Shown piece by piece: positions 18,290-28,798 of a stretch of DNA of 64,000 bases. Position 1 is the first letter of the stretch. Every line of letters begins with the position of its first letter. Both the position numbers and the translations under genes were made by a program. The DNA lies in NCBI GenBank assembly GCA_038850735.1, contig JAWCLO010000001.1, forward strand, positions 16,138 through 80,137, given 5' to 3'. This stretch comes from Methanomassiliicoccales archaeon (GTDB taxonomy: Archaea > Thermoplasmatota > Thermoplasmata > Methanomassiliicoccales > JACIVX01). A model generated the notes under the pieces. The model made no database searches. It was given only the letters and a program-made list of their open reading frames with translations, and was not told where the DNA came from.

Positions 18290-20125
18290 ATGAGGCTTCT
18301 ATACATTCACGCCGACTATATGGAGTACGAGACCAGAAAACCAACGGCAATAGCAGAAGAAGTCAATGATATTGATAAGCGGAGGCGTCTCGAAGAGGTT
18401 CTCGTCTCATTTATAGCTGTTGAAAATCAAGATGAAGGTAAAGTTGAAGAGATTGCGAATCAGGCAGCTAATGATATATCAGAGACCGCAGCACGGGTTG
18501 GTGCACAACGAATTTTGCTGTATCCATATGCCCATTTAAGTTCAGAGCTGTCTGATCCAGAGACAGGCGTTAGTACTCTGAGAAGACTGCAAGAGATATT
18601 GAGAGAGAGAGGTCTAGAAACCTACAGGGCGCCCTTTGGATGGTATAAATCTTTTAAGATCAGTTGCAAGGGACATCCCTTATCAGAATTGTCCCGTCAC
18701 ATCGTTGCTGGTGAGGAAAAGACTGCGCCGAAAAGTGAGGAGAGATTCATCGTGCTCACGCCAGATGGCGTTGAGTGGAACATTTTGAAATTTACCGGCG
18801 GATCGGCATGTTTCAAGCAGATGCTTGAGAAGGAGGCACTAAAAAAAGAGGCGAAGCAAGCTGGTGAGCCTGAGTACCTCAGACTATGCAAGAAGTTCGG
18901 AATCCAATGGGAAACCATGAGCGATGTAGGTCATATGGCATTTAATCCGATCGGAGCACTCATGTTTGATCTTGTGGCCGAGTATTCTGCGAAAGTTGTT
19001 AATGAGCTTGGTCTCCCGATCTACACCATCAGAGGCACGAATATGTTCAGTCTCGACGAGCCTGCGGTGAGAGAACATGCCAAACTTTTTGGGGATAGAC
19101 TCTATGTCATCAGGGGCGAAAAGAAAGACTTTGTAATGAGATACGCCGCGTGCCACCAGCAGTTCGCAATGATGCGCAACTGGAACATTAGTTACCGGAA
19201 TCTGCCATTCGGAGCATTTGAGGTTGCCGATTCCTACCGGCTTGAGCAGTCGGGGGAGACCATGCTTTGCTTTCGAACTAGGAGAATGAATATGCCGGAT
19301 TTGCACGTGATCTGCAGAGACTTGGGTGAAGCAAAAGCATGGTTTAATGCTATTGATTCAAAAATTTATGAAGAAGCTTCAAAAATTGGCCGCGATTATG
19401 AGATGCTGATTAATTTTTCATCACAGGAGGCATACGAGTCAAACAAAGATCTTGTGCTCGAACTTCTTAAGAAGCATGGAAAGCCAGCTCTGCTCCACTT
19501 TTATCCAGAGGGAATAAACTACTACTGGACGGTCAACATTGAGTATCATATTCTAGATTCAATGAATAAGGCCAGAGAGATCGGGACAGTACAGATAGAT
19601 GTCGGCAACTCGAAGCGCTTTGCAATAGAGTATACCGACGAGAATGGCAAAAGACAATATCCAATCATTCTTCATACGGCTATCATTGGTACGATTGAAA
19701 GATACCTGTACATGCTCCTTGACACGGCAATTATGAAAGAAAAAGATGGCTCAATCGGATATCTTCCTGTTTGGATAACACCAGAGCAAGTGAGGCTCCT
19801 AACGGTCAACGAAGGACATCTCAATAGGGCGAAAGAAATCGCCAAGAGACTTGCTGACGAGAGAATTAGGGTTGGCATTGACGACCGCGTCGAAACAGTT
19901 AACAAGAAAGTGCGCGAGGCAAAGCAGGACTGGGTATCATATGTGATAGTGATAGGAGATAGAGAACTTGCATCTGATAATTTAAACGTTTATGACAGAG
20001 TAAAGAATGCCAATGTAGAAATGAATGTAGATGAGCTCATCGAAAAAATAAAGAATGAGACCAGAGGCATGCCGTTCAGGCCATTATATTTGCCGATGGA
20101 AATGAGCAAACGCGTTGATTTCTAA
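18290..20125 (+). CDS. thrS: Threonyl-tRNA synthetase, archaeal type with N-terminal editing domain
   Basis: MRLLYIHADYMEYE is the typical archaeal ThrRS editing-domain N-terminus, and class-II core motifs follow. The track start at 18263 adds 9 aa; the ATG at 18290 is preferred. Confidence 0.92.
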   Translation: MRLLYIHADYMEYETRKPTAIAEEVNDIDKRRRLEEVLVSFIAVENQDEGKVEEIANQAANDISETAARVGAQRILLYPYAHLSSELSDPETGVSTLRRLQEILRERGLETYRAPFGWYKSFKISCKGHPLSELSRHIVAGEEKTAPKSEERFIVLTPDGVEWNILKFTGGSACFKQMLEKEALKKEAKQAGEPEYLRLCKKFGIQWETMSDVGHMAFNPIGALMFDLVAEYSAKVVNELGLPIYTIRGTNMFSLDEPAVREHAKLFGDRLYVIRGEKKDFVMRYAACHQQFAMMRNWNISYRNLPFGAFEVADSYRLEQSGETMLCFRTRRMNMPDLHVICRDLGEAKAWFNAIDSKIYEEASKIGRDYEMLINFSSQEAYESNKDLVLELLKKHGKPALLHFYPEGINYYWTVNIEYHILDSMNKAREIGTVQIDVGNSKRFAIEYTDENGKRQYPIILHTAIIGTIERYLYMLLDTAIMKEKDGSIGYLPVWITPEQVRLLTVNEGHLNRAKEIAKRLADERIRVGIDDRVETVNKKVREAKQDWVSYVIVIGDRELASDNLNVYDRVKNANVEMNVDELIEKIKNETRGMPFRPLYLPMEMSKRVDF

Positions 20126-20187
20126 TGCAATCGAACTTTGCCGCTTGGGAATTCTTATAAACTGTCCTAATGCTCTATTTAACCTTG

Positions 20188-21300
20188 TCACATGTTAAGA
20201 AGGCTTTCAACAATTGCATCACCGACTTCGCTCGTTTTTGCATACCCGCCGAGATCTGGTGTTACAATACCTTTTAGTATAACTTCCTCCACAGCCTTCT
20301 CAATCTTGCGTGCAAGTCTATCTGAGCCAAGGAACTCGAGCATAAGCTTTGCTGCTAGTATTGCACCGATAGGATTTGCGATTCCACGTCCTGCGATATC
20401 AGGAGCACTGCCGTGGACGGGTTCAAACATTGAAACACCATTGGGATTTATATTACCGCTGCATGCCAATCCTAGGCTTCCTTGGATTTCCGCTCCCAGA
20501 TCTGTGAGTATGTCTCCAAACATATTCGGTGTGGCTACAATGTTGAATTTATCAGGATTTTTGACAAGTGCCTGGCACATCGCATCAACATAAACATATT
20601 CGATATCGATATCTCTCTCCTCAGCAAGAGTAGAAAAAACCCTTCGCCAAAGTCCATACATATTCGTGCATACGTTTGCTTTGTCAACAACGGTGATTTT
20701 CGTCTGTCCTCGTCTCTTTGCCATATAGAAAGCATATTCTGCAAATCTCGTAACACCGCTCTTTGACAGTAAGCCTAGCTCGAATGCAAGCTCTTCGTCA
20801 TTAGATAAGCTCGAGGATATCTCTAGGCTTAATTTGTAAAAACTCCGCTCGATTGCAAGCGAGACTGAATTAGATCGCGGAGAGATAAATCCCCCTGATC
20901 CAAGATAGAAGTCTTCCGTATTTTCCCGAAGAAATACTATGTCGAAAGGCTTTGACGATTTGAGACGAGCTCCGGGGACCCATGATTTCACAGGCCTTAT
21001 ATTTACAAATTGATCAAAGTAGAACCGCAGCGCCAAGATTATCTCCCTCTCAAGTATTCCTGGTTTCACACGCGGATCGCCGACTGCACCAAAGTATATC
21101 GCATCCTGTTCGCTTAAGACGTCTAGATCATCCTGGGTAAGGGTTTTTCCGCTCTCAATATATCGAGTCGCGCCGATGTCTAATTCCCGCATGTCAAATT
21201 TGAGATTGTCACATTCTTCCAAAATGCGCAGAACCTTCAAACCCTCAGTGATCACCTCTGGTCCAATGCCATCTCCCGCTATCACCGCAATTCTGAACAT
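20188..21300 (-). CDS. leuB: 3-isopropylmalate dehydrogenase (beta-decarboxylating dehydrogenase family)
   Basis: 370 aa with IAGDGIGPEV and NMFGDILTDLGA motifs. Last gene of the leuACDB run, overlapping leuD by 19 nt. Confidence 0.85.
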   Translation of the reverse strand: MFRIAVIAGDGIGPEVITEGLKVLRILEECDNLKFDMRELDIGATRYIESGKTLTQDDLDVLSEQDAIYFGAVGDPRVKPGILEREIILALRFYFDQFVNIRPVKSWVPGARLKSSKPFDIVFLRENTEDFYLGSGGFISPRSNSVSLAIERSFYKLSLEISSSLSNDEELAFELGLLSKSGVTRFAEYAFYMAKRRGQTKITVVDKANVCTNMYGLWRRVFSTLAEERDIDIEYVYVDAMCQALVKNPDKFNIVATPNMFGDILTDLGAEIQGSLGLACSGNINPNGVSMFEPVHGSAPDIAGRGIANPIGAILAAKLMLEFLGSDRLARKIEKAVEEVILKGIVTPDLGGYAKTSEVGDAIVESLLNM

Positions 21301-21782
21301 CCTTTTCGCCTCCTTACCCTCTGCATCAAGCCTCCAGCTTCTATAATCTCCTCGATGAACTTTGGGAATTTTGTAAAGAGGTATTTTTGCGATGTTGTAG
21401 CATTTACAATGACACCATTTTCGAGATCAATCGTTAGAATATCGCCTTCTTCCGCATTTATCGTACATGTAACAGGAATCAATCCAATATTCAGAGCATT
21501 CCTGAAAAAAATTCGTGCAAAGCTTTCGGCGACTATACATGAAATCCCTGCTTGCTTGAGAGCTCTCGGTGCATGTTCCCTGCTCGACCCGCAACCAAAA
21601 TTTCTACCTGCCACGACGATATCACCTTGCTCAACCTTCGATGCAAAATCTGGTCTTACCTTTTCAAAAATGTATAATCCAAGTCTGTCGATATTATTAC
21701 TCGTAAGCCTTTCCGCAGGAATAATCTGGTCAGTATCCACATGATCTCCAAATTTCCAGACTCTTCCAGTGATTATTGCCAC
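21282..21782 (-). CDS. leuD: 3-isopropylmalate dehydratase small subunit
   Basis: 166 aa with the GRNFGCGSSREHA aconitase swivel-domain motif. Confidence 0.88.
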   Translation of the reverse strand: MAIITGRVWKFGDHVDTDQIIPAERLTSNNIDRLGLYIFEKVRPDFASKVEQGDIVVAGRNFGCGSSREHAPRALKQAGISCIVAESFARIFFRNALNIGLIPVTCTINAEEGDILTIDLENGVIVNATTSQKYLFTKFPKFIEEIIEAGGLMQRVRRRKGCSELR

Positions 21783-21792
21783 ATTTCATCCC

Positions 21793-23064
21793 TCACAGTA
21801 AATCTTCAGGATGTGTAATCCTTCCAGTAACAGCACTAGCAGCGACGACTGCAGGATTAGCAAGGAAAACTTCAGAGTTCTTATGCCCCATTCTTCCGAT
21901 AAAGTTGCGATTTGTAGAACTAATACATCTCTCTCCAGATGCAAGAACGCCCATGTGACCACCCAGGCAAGCAGCACAGGTAGGTCCTGACACAAATGCA
22001 CCGGCCTCTGCAAAGATATTGAGCAGTCCCTCCTGAAGAGCTTGCTTGTAGACCTTCATGCTCGCTGGAACAATAATCATCCTTACGGATGGGTGAATCT
22101 TTCGTCCAGAAAGAATTTCTGCAGCTTGTCTGAGATCTTCTATTCTACCGTTTGTACAGGAGCCGAGGAACGCTTGGTCTATCTCAACGTCAACTTCTCT
22201 CACGTGCCTGACATTTCCAGGTGAGTGAGGAATGGCCACAACACAATCAATTAAACTCAGGTCATAAGTCATTCTTGCTTCATACGAAGCATCGTTGTCA
22301 GAGATCACTAGTGAATAGTCGCCTCTCGCTTTATTTGATACGAATTCAACCGTCATTTCGTCAGGAAGAAAAATCCCCGCCTTGGCACCTGCTTCAACAC
22401 ACATATTCGATACCGTCAGCCTGTCCGAAATGGAAAGAGATTTCGTTCCATCACCAGAGAATTCCATTGCCATGTAATTCGCGCCATCAACTCCTATGTC
22501 CCTGATTATCGAGAGAATGAGGTCTTTTCCAGTTACAAATCTTCTGAAGGAGCCCTGCAAATTAATTTGCATGGATTTCGGAACGCGAAACCACAAGCAT
22601 CCCTCGGCAAAACACGCGGCAGCCTCTGTGCTTCCAATGCCAGTTGAAAACGCCCCTAGCGCACCATATGTGCATGTGTGCGAGTCCGCTCCAACGATGA
22701 GCCTTCCCGGCGCAACGAAACCCTCTTCTATCATCACCTGATGACAGATTCCCCCCCTTCCCACTTCATAATAATTCGGTATTCGATATTTCTTGGCAAA
22801 TCGTTTCATCTCAGCGGCCTGCTCAGCTGAGGGGATGTCTTTATTGGGGACGAAGTGATCGGGTATCAGTACAATCTTCTCTCTCAAAGGTTCGAGGCCC
22901 AGCGATTCGAATTCTCTGAAGGCTATCGGACCTGTAACGTCGTTGACCATGACATAATCGACCTCAGCTTCCACAAAATCCCCAGCGTACACATCAGAAG
23001 ACGACTTCGAGGAAAGGATCTTCTCGGAAATCGTTTTTCCCTTCGAAAAACTCATTTGTATCAC
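21793..23064 (-). CDS. leuC: 3-isopropylmalate dehydratase large subunit
   Basis: 423 aa aconitase family (GADSHTCTYGALGAF, GSCTNGR, ISSTNRNFIGRMG). The start may be the Met at 23055. Confidence 0.9.
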   Translation of the reverse strand: MIQMSFSKGKTISEKILSSKSSSDVYAGDFVEAEVDYVMVNDVTGPIAFREFESLGLEPLREKIVLIPDHFVPNKDIPSAEQAAEMKRFAKKYRIPNYYEVGRGGICHQVMIEEGFVAPGRLIVGADSHTCTYGALGAFSTGIGSTEAAACFAEGCLWFRVPKSMQINLQGSFRRFVTGKDLILSIIRDIGVDGANYMAMEFSGDGTKSLSISDRLTVSNMCVEAGAKAGIFLPDEMTVEFVSNKARGDYSLVISDNDASYEARMTYDLSLIDCVVAIPHSPGNVRHVREVDVEIDQAFLGSCTNGRIEDLRQAAEILSGRKIHPSVRMIIVPASMKVYKQALQEGLLNIFAEAGAFVSGPTCAACLGGHMGVLASGERCISSTNRNFIGRMGHKNSEVFLANPAVVAASAVTGRITHPEDLL

Positions 23065-23067
23065 CGG

Positions 23068-24555
23068 TTAATCCGCTCTTATTCTAGAATAAAGACGATC
23101 TATCGCCTGGATGGCTGCATCGACACTCGTCTGAACGATGTCAGGTCCGACGCTCCTACCAACGGACATGATTTTACTTTCACCATTGTACTGTAGCTTG
23201 ACTCCTACTTCGCAAAGAGCGTCACTCCCACCGCTTATGGCACTCAACCGATATTCAAGCAGCGAGATTTTCTCGCTGACAAGCTGTCGTATCGCTTTGA
23301 GAGCTGCATCTATCGGCCCTACTCCAATTTCCGATCCCCGACGAGTTTCACCATCAACCTCGATGCTTACTATTGCCGTCGGAGTAATATTCAATCCCGT
23401 AAACACGGCAAATTCTTTCAACTTGACCTTGCGTTCTTCTCCTGGGCGCTGGCCTGCAATGTGATAAGCGAGCGCAACTAACTCAGTATCGTCAACATGC
23501 TTCTCACTTTCCGCAAGCCTCTTAATTTCTTTTACGACCTGTGTAATTTGCTCATCTGTCAAGACTATGCCAAATTCCTTCAGTTTCTCCCTGACGGAAT
23601 GGACGCCTGTATGCTTTCCAATAACGATCGAGCGCTCCATCCCAACAAGTTCTGGACCAAATGCCTCGTAGGTAGATGGGTCGCCAAGTACGCCGTGAAC
23701 GTGTATGCCAGATTCATGTGCAAAGGCGTTGCTTCCAACAATCGCCTTGTTAGCTGGGATGGGAATTCCCGTTAAATTTGCGACTGTTTTTGACACATAT
23801 CCAATTTTTCTTGTATCAACATTCGTCTTCACATCAAGAAACGCCATTAAACCAAGCACGACTTCCTCGAGCGCAGCATTACCAGCACGTTCCCCGAGTC
23901 CATTCACACACACATGGACCTGACGCGCTCCGCTCCTGACGGCGGCGATGGAATTCGCTACCGCCAATCCAAAGTCATCGTGGCAGTGTATGCTCAGAGG
24001 AACCTTTGTGAATTTCATTACTTCCTCAATCAATCTCTCCATGGCAGGAGGAGAAATGACCCCTACGGTGTCAGGAAAGTTTATCTTATCTACACCGGCT
24101 TCTTGCACCGCAAGATGCATTTCTTTCAAAAAGTCTAGATCGGTACGGGTTGCGTCCTCGCAAGAAAACTCAACTGTCAATCCGTGGGCTTTGGCATATT
24201 CAATAGCCTCAACTGCCCTAGATTTTACTTCTTCTCTCGTCATTTTTAATTTGTATTTGAGGTGCACATCTGACGTGGCAATGAAGGTATGAACATAATC
24301 AACGCCACAGTCGATAACAGTGTCTATATCTTTTAGAGAAGATCGAGAAAGTGCGCATACGCGTGATTGCAATCCGAGCGAAGCTATCCGTTTCACCGCT
24401 TTTCTTTCACCATCTGATATCACAGGAAACCCCGCTTCTATGATGTCAACACCTAGGTCATTGAGAGCCTCGGCAACTCTAATTTTCTCCTCCAATGAAA
24501 GCGCTACTCCAGGCGTCTGTTCACCATCTCTCAGGGTAGTGTCGAAAATTTCCAC
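23068..24555 (-). CDS. leuA: 2-isopropylmalate synthase (or citramalate synthase) with C-terminal LeuA-dimer regulatory domain
   Basis: DTTLRDGEQ and HCHDDFGLAVANS motifs. The track ORF extends to 24705, but that 50-aa extension is unlike LeuA. The in-frame GTG at 24555 gives (M)EIFDTTLRDGEQ, the usual N-terminus. LeuA and CimA cannot be told apart by eye. Confidence 0.85.
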   Translation of the reverse strand: MEIFDTTLRDGEQTPGVALSLEEKIRVAEALNDLGVDIIEAGFPVISDGERKAVKRIASLGLQSRVCALSRSSLKDIDTVIDCGVDYVHTFIATSDVHLKYKLKMTREEVKSRAVEAIEYAKAHGLTVEFSCEDATRTDLDFLKEMHLAVQEAGVDKINFPDTVGVISPPAMERLIEEVMKFTKVPLSIHCHDDFGLAVANSIAAVRSGARQVHVCVNGLGERAGNAALEEVVLGLMAFLDVKTNVDTRKIGYVSKTVANLTGIPIPANKAIVGSNAFAHESGIHVHGVLGDPSTYEAFGPELVGMERSIVIGKHTGVHSVREKLKEFGIVLTDEQITQVVKEIKRLAESEKHVDDTELVALAYHIAGQRPGEERKVKLKEFAVFTGLNITPTAIVSIEVDGETRRGSEIGVGPIDAALKAIRQLVSEKISLLEYRLSAISGGSDALCEVGVKLQYNGESKIMSVGRSVGPDIVQTSVDAAIQAIDRLYSRIRAD

Positions 24556-25014
24556 GAATTGCGGAATTGAATCCTTTTTTGCATATAAATTGAAATCACT
24601 TGTGTAAACCTTTTTTCGATCAAGACCAACTACCTTACATTTCCTTGATTGATATGAAGCATTCTCATGAGCTTGATGCGAAGCCACAAAAATCACCTCG
24701 ATCAAGCCGGGTCTAAAGCAATGAAATGGAAGTACTCTCCAAAAGTGACAAATGAATTAGCTTCCAGCACATCATGCCTATCCCGGCTTTCTATTTCTGA
24801 AACCTCTAAGCCCATATTTAATCATTGCTATGCTATCACTTGGCTAAGGTGAACCAATCGACCTTAGCCACATAAAAGTTGTTCGCAAACGGAGTGAGCA
24901 ACTCGATGCTACAAAGGTGATGATTTTTCAGAAATTATTTCCAAAATTTGCTGATAGAAAGGTCGTCTTAGAGATAGGTTGCGTAGCGCATGGGGAGCAA
25001 GGATCCCATTGAGA

Positions 25015-25647
25015 TCACACTCCTCGTCTATCGCCCCAAATGATCTTATGAAGCTGCGGAAGAACACGAACATTTATCCTGTTTCGAAGAACCCACTCTG
25101 CAACCGGCTTAAGATCTAAACCTCCCACGGGCATCATAATTATAGTTGCTTGAATGTCGTGGCTCTCGATGATTTTCTTGGCATACTCCATATCCTCATC
25201 GTCGGCAACAACAAACTTCAACTGATCAAAAGGCGAAAGAAGCTCCAAATTATCTAGCCTCATTTTATCGCACATACCAGAAGAAGGGCACTTTAGATCC
25301 ATGCTGATCAAGAGATTCTCAGAACAACTGAGTTCTTCAATAGAGATCGAACCATTAGTTTCTACTGAAACTTTAAAATCTTTCTCCAGGAGCATATTAA
25401 CAAGTTTGAATACTTCTCTCTGTAAAAGGGGCTCTCCTCCAGTAATGCATACATAGGGCGTTGGAAAGAGGGACACCTCATCAATAATCTCTTTAATAGA
25501 GCGTTCAATACCATTGTCGACCTGCGCATACTTTGTGTCGCACCACGAACACCTCAAATTGCAGCCCGCAGTCCTCACAAAAACGGTTGGCGTGCCTATC
25601 AGAACTCCTTCACCCTGAATTGAATAGAAAATTTCAGATATCTTCAT
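25015..25647 (-). CDS. queE: 7-carboxy-7-deazaguanine synthase (radical SAM)
   Basis: 210 aa with SIQGEG and the CNLRCSWCDT cluster motif. Overlaps queC by 4 nt. Confidence 0.9.
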   Translation of the reverse strand: MKISEIFYSIQGEGVLIGTPTVFVRTAGCNLRCSWCDTKYAQVDNGIERSIKEIIDEVSLFPTPYVCITGGEPLLQREVFKLVNMLLEKDFKVSVETNGSISIEELSCSENLLISMDLKCPSSGMCDKMRLDNLELLSPFDQLKFVVADDEDMEYAKKIIESHDIQATIIMMPVGGLDLKPVAEWVLRNRINVRVLPQLHKIIWGDRRGV

Positions 25648-26333
25648 TTTCTCGCCTCATATTCGATTTCATCTTCATATCCAGCTTCTTCAAACCCCTC
25701 CAAGCGGAGGACACATGAATCACATCTCCCGCAAGCCCTTTCTCCACCGCTATAGCAACTCCAAGTCATGTGCAGGGGAGCATTTAGCGATTTTCCCAGT
25801 TTTATGATTTCAGACTTTTTCATATGCAGTATTGGAGTCTCTATCGCTATCGGTTTTCCGCGGACGCCTCGTCTTGTACCGACTTCGAGTACTTTTTTGA
25901 ATGCCTCAAAGAACTCGGGCCTACAATCGGGATAACCAGAGAAATCGATAGCGTTTGCACCGATAAAAATTGCATCCACGTTTTCATTTTCGCCGACAGC
26001 CGAGGCTATAGAAAGAAACACGAGATTACGCGAAGGTACATACGTATCTGGGATGTCACTACCTATCTTCTCAGCGCTTCTATCCTTTGGTAAATCAATA
26101 ACTCTAGATACAAGAGCGCTCGATGAAAAAAGAGATGGATCGAGGTTGATCTTGAGGTGTCTTTTCAGACCATAATGTTTCACGATTCTTTCCGCCGAAG
26201 AAATCTCTCTGCTATGTTTCTGCCCATACAAGAAAGTTAAAGGATAAACTTCATAGCCTTCAGAAATCGCATAGGCAAGTGTTACCGTAGAGTCAATGCC
26301 GCCTGATAATAAAACTATTGCTTTTCTCATCAA
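25644..26333 (-). CDS. queC: 7-cyano-7-deazaguanine (preQ0) synthase
   Basis: 229 aa with the LLSGGIDS PP-loop and a C-terminal CGRCDSC zinc motif. Confidence 0.9.
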   Translation of the reverse strand: MMRKAIVLLSGGIDSTVTLAYAISEGYEVYPLTFLYGQKHSREISSAERIVKHYGLKRHLKINLDPSLFSSSALVSRVIDLPKDRSAEKIGSDIPDTYVPSRNLVFLSIASAVGENENVDAIFIGANAIDFSGYPDCRPEFFEAFKKVLEVGTRRGVRGKPIAIETPILHMKKSEIIKLGKSLNAPLHMTWSCYSGGERACGRCDSCVLRLEGFEEAGYEDEIEYEARK

Positions 26334-26348
26334 GAGTGACCACCTATT

Positions 26349-26834
26349 CTATCTCAAATCGCACGATATCCAAGCACTCTGTCCTCGTTCTTCGTCCACA
26401 CCAACTTCGATCCTATTCACATTGATAGGGAAGCGAATTTCAGAGAGGACTCTTGAAAGCAGAACTCTCGCTACTTCTTCAGCGCTTGCCTCCTCTGCGT
26501 CTATGATAATCACGTCTTCTGGCGGAAATACGTAACGCTTGCCTGAGATTTCAACGACGATCTCCTTATCGACTGAAATCTTGATTCTCGGGCAATTGCC
26601 TGCAATTAACACCCTGTGATCGAAATCTTCTACAATCCTTCTCATCATGCTCTTGAGCTCAGTGAAATCCATTATCATGCCATGATCGCCTTTTTCGCCG
26701 TGAATGACCATGCTCATAATGTAGACGTGACCGTGTAATCGACCGCACTTTGGATGCTCACTTATTAAATGGCAGGCCGAAAATTTAATGTTCGCTTCCT
26801 TTCCATCGATTTCCAATCTCATTTCCGCACGCAT
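26349..26834 (-). CDS. queD: 6-carboxy-5,6,7,8-tetrahydropterin synthase (PTPS family)
   Basis: 161 aa with FSACH and GRLHGHVY catalytic motifs. Confidence 0.85.
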   Translation of the reverse strand: MRAEMRLEIDGKEANIKFSACHLISEHPKCGRLHGHVYIMSMVIHGEKGDHGMIMDFTELKSMMRRIVEDFDHRVLIAGNCPRIKISVDKEIVVEISGKRYVFPPEDVIIIDAEEASAEEVARVLLSRVLSEIRFPINVNRIEVGVDEERGQSAWISCDLR

Positions 26835-26846
26835 CCTGTTCTTGCA

Positions 26847-27656
26847 TTATCTCATTCCCTTATTTAACTTCACGAGTGCTGCGGCGAGTGCTATTGAATC
26901 AACATAGTTACGTTTAGCCCTCGACGTATCGATAAAAACCTTCTCCAGATTCAAAATAGGGGCACCAAGCGCACGCCATCCTCCTAAGAAGTGCAGAGCT
27001 CTGAAGATCAAATTGCCCGAAATACCGTCAGGTGCAAGAATCATGTTGCGATCCAAAACCGCATTCTCGATGAGAATTTCGCAGTCTTTCACGTCAAACT
27101 TCGATTCCCTAAAGTATTCAGCTATTGCTTCAGCTTCATCAAGAGTCCTGTCCACCACTGGATGCCTTCCCCTATCTCCCTTCCTTCCGCCTGAAAGAAT
27201 ACCAACCTTTGGCTCGATTCCCAACCTCGTGAGAAATCTCATTCCGAGATCTATGAGCTCAATTTTCTGTTCAAGTGTCCATCCTTCATCAACGCCAACT
27301 GGTGCTAGCAGTATCAGGTTGCCTTTTGGTGGTTGAAGAAGAGCCGCACGCAGAATTTTGTCGAGAGAGAAAAAGCGCCTGACCGATGACATCGTATTGT
27401 TTGCCTCGAGATTTCCCCTTACGGCAGCATCGATTTTCCCCGCGCTCAGGGCTTCAACCAGAGTACTCGCATCGCCAAAAAAGTGCACTTCAGATATCCC
27501 ATGTCTTTTCGCACCCTTGATTATCAAATTCTTACGAGCATTGTCGCCAATCAATCCGATGCCAATTTTTGCGCTGGAATTTTTTGCCATTTCTGCAATA
27601 TTCTGAGCCGTGAGCACTTCCTCATTATCAGAATGGGATATATTCATTTTTTTCAC
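26847..27656 (-). CDS. Pta/PlsX-fold protein, MtxX / methanogen-marker-4-like (tentative)
   Basis: 269 aa. The APDGISGNLIFRAL motif resembles the PD..GN...K motif of the phosphate acyltransferase/PlsX/MtxX superfamily. Lies 12 nt upstream of queD. Assignment is by recall only. Confidence 0.45.
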   Translation of the reverse strand: MKKMNISHSDNEEVLTAQNIAEMAKNSSAKIGIGLIGDNARKNLIIKGAKRHGISEVHFFGDASTLVEALSAGKIDAAVRGNLEANNTMSSVRRFFSLDKILRAALLQPPKGNLILLAPVGVDEGWTLEQKIELIDLGMRFLTRLGIEPKVGILSGGRKGDRGRHPVVDRTLDEAEAIAEYFRESKFDVKDCEILIENAVLDRNMILAPDGISGNLIFRALHFLGGWRALGAPILNLEKVFIDTSRAKRNYVDSIALAAALVKLNKGMR

Positions 27657-27757
27657 AATCTTTCAAACCTACGGAATAAAAATAGAACTTATCCATCAAT
27701 TTTCATTGGAAAATACCTTATTCCTCAATGAGTAAATTTATAATTAGACATCAAAAA

Positions 27758-28741
27758 CTACAACATGAAATCGAGGTGGTAATCGTCCCAGCTTTTATTC
27801 CCTAGCGCAATCTCGAACTCAACCGGTGTGAGGATAGGTTTGGGATACCGCAGCAGATCGTCGATGGCGATCCGGGGGCACGCTGTAGATACATAAGCAT
27901 CTGCTTCGAAGGTTATTAAATAATCAGGATTGAACTCATTCATTAATATAATGTTCGCACTCCGCCCATACTTAAGTGCTAATTTCTTAAGTTCCATAGC
28001 AAGAGCAATACGTTTCTGACCCGGTTTCAGAGAAACGAGTATTAAGAATTTCTTGCCTTTTGAAGCTTTGACGATTGCACCATGTCTCTGCCTCATGACA
28101 CGATCAGAAAGATCTCCAAGATCGCGAATCTCTTGGCTCGCTGGATCGTAAATTACAACTTCCTTCTTTGTTTCGATGGCGACTGCAAGGGGATGAAAAT
28201 CCCCACTGCCTATATAGAGAAAGTGATCGACGAGATTTAATATACTGCACGCCGAAGAGATGTCGCATCCAAGAATTTGCCCTGGATGTAACGTTCTTGG
28301 CCCTTGCCGGCCGATAAATACCTCCTTGCCATTTGACTCAAGCCATTTCTTTATTCGATCCAGTTCACCAAGATATGGCACGGTTGTGATCAGCCCAATC
28401 CTGTTTCCCAACCTCGTCAAGAGTCCTTCTGGATATTTCACGTCTTGAAGCGCTGCCTCAATTTCTACATATAAGATCCTGCTGTCTTGCGCCAAAGTCG
28501 GAATCTCACTGTGACCGATGTGAATGAGACCGTCCACATGATCGAAGAAACCCGATGCAACATCGCAGGCGCCGTAACAGGGGTCTGCAAGTATAAAAGT
28601 CGCAGCGCCAGTATTCTTCTCGATTTCTTCTGAAATGGCTTGTGCATGAATTTTTAAGCCTTCAGGCATCTGCAGACACACATTTCGAATATTTCTTTCT
28701 TTGATCCATTTAACCATCTCGTCGATTCTAAAATTATACAC
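27758..28741 (-). CDS. dph2: 2-(3-amino-3-carboxypropyl)histidine synthase (diphthamide synthesis, radical SAM-like)
   Basis: 327 aa. The N-terminus (LQMPEGLK ... ADPCYGACDV) and overall length match archaeal Dph2. Confidence 0.85.
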   Translation of the reverse strand: MYNFRIDEMVKWIKERNIRNVCLQMPEGLKIHAQAISEEIEKNTGAATFILADPCYGACDVASGFFDHVDGLIHIGHSEIPTLAQDSRILYVEIEAALQDVKYPEGLLTRLGNRIGLITTVPYLGELDRIKKWLESNGKEVFIGRQGPRTLHPGQILGCDISSACSILNLVDHFLYIGSGDFHPLAVAIETKKEVVIYDPASQEIRDLGDLSDRVMRQRHGAIVKASKGKKFLILVSLKPGQKRIALAMELKKLALKYGRSANIILMNEFNPDYLITFEADAYVSTACPRIAIDDLLRYPKPILTPVEFEIALGNKSWDDYHLDFML

Positions 28742-28798
28742 GGCGCCTCACTCCGAAAGCTTACATTCGTTTCTATCTTGAGTCCATATGATAAAGTT

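Noticed and set aside
24556-24705. Track-predicted 50-aa N-terminal extension of leuA
   Set aside because: It contains no LeuA-like sequence. The conserved DTTLRDGEQ motif normally lies within ~10 aa of the start, and the GTG at 24555 fits that.
24841-24870. 10-bp-stem hairpin TGGCTAAGGT-N10-ACCTTAGCCA between queE and leuA, considered as a terminator
   Set aside because: No oligo-T tract follows it on the minus (transcribed) strand, and it lies ~290 nt upstream of the preferred leuA start. The structure is real but its function cannot be supported.
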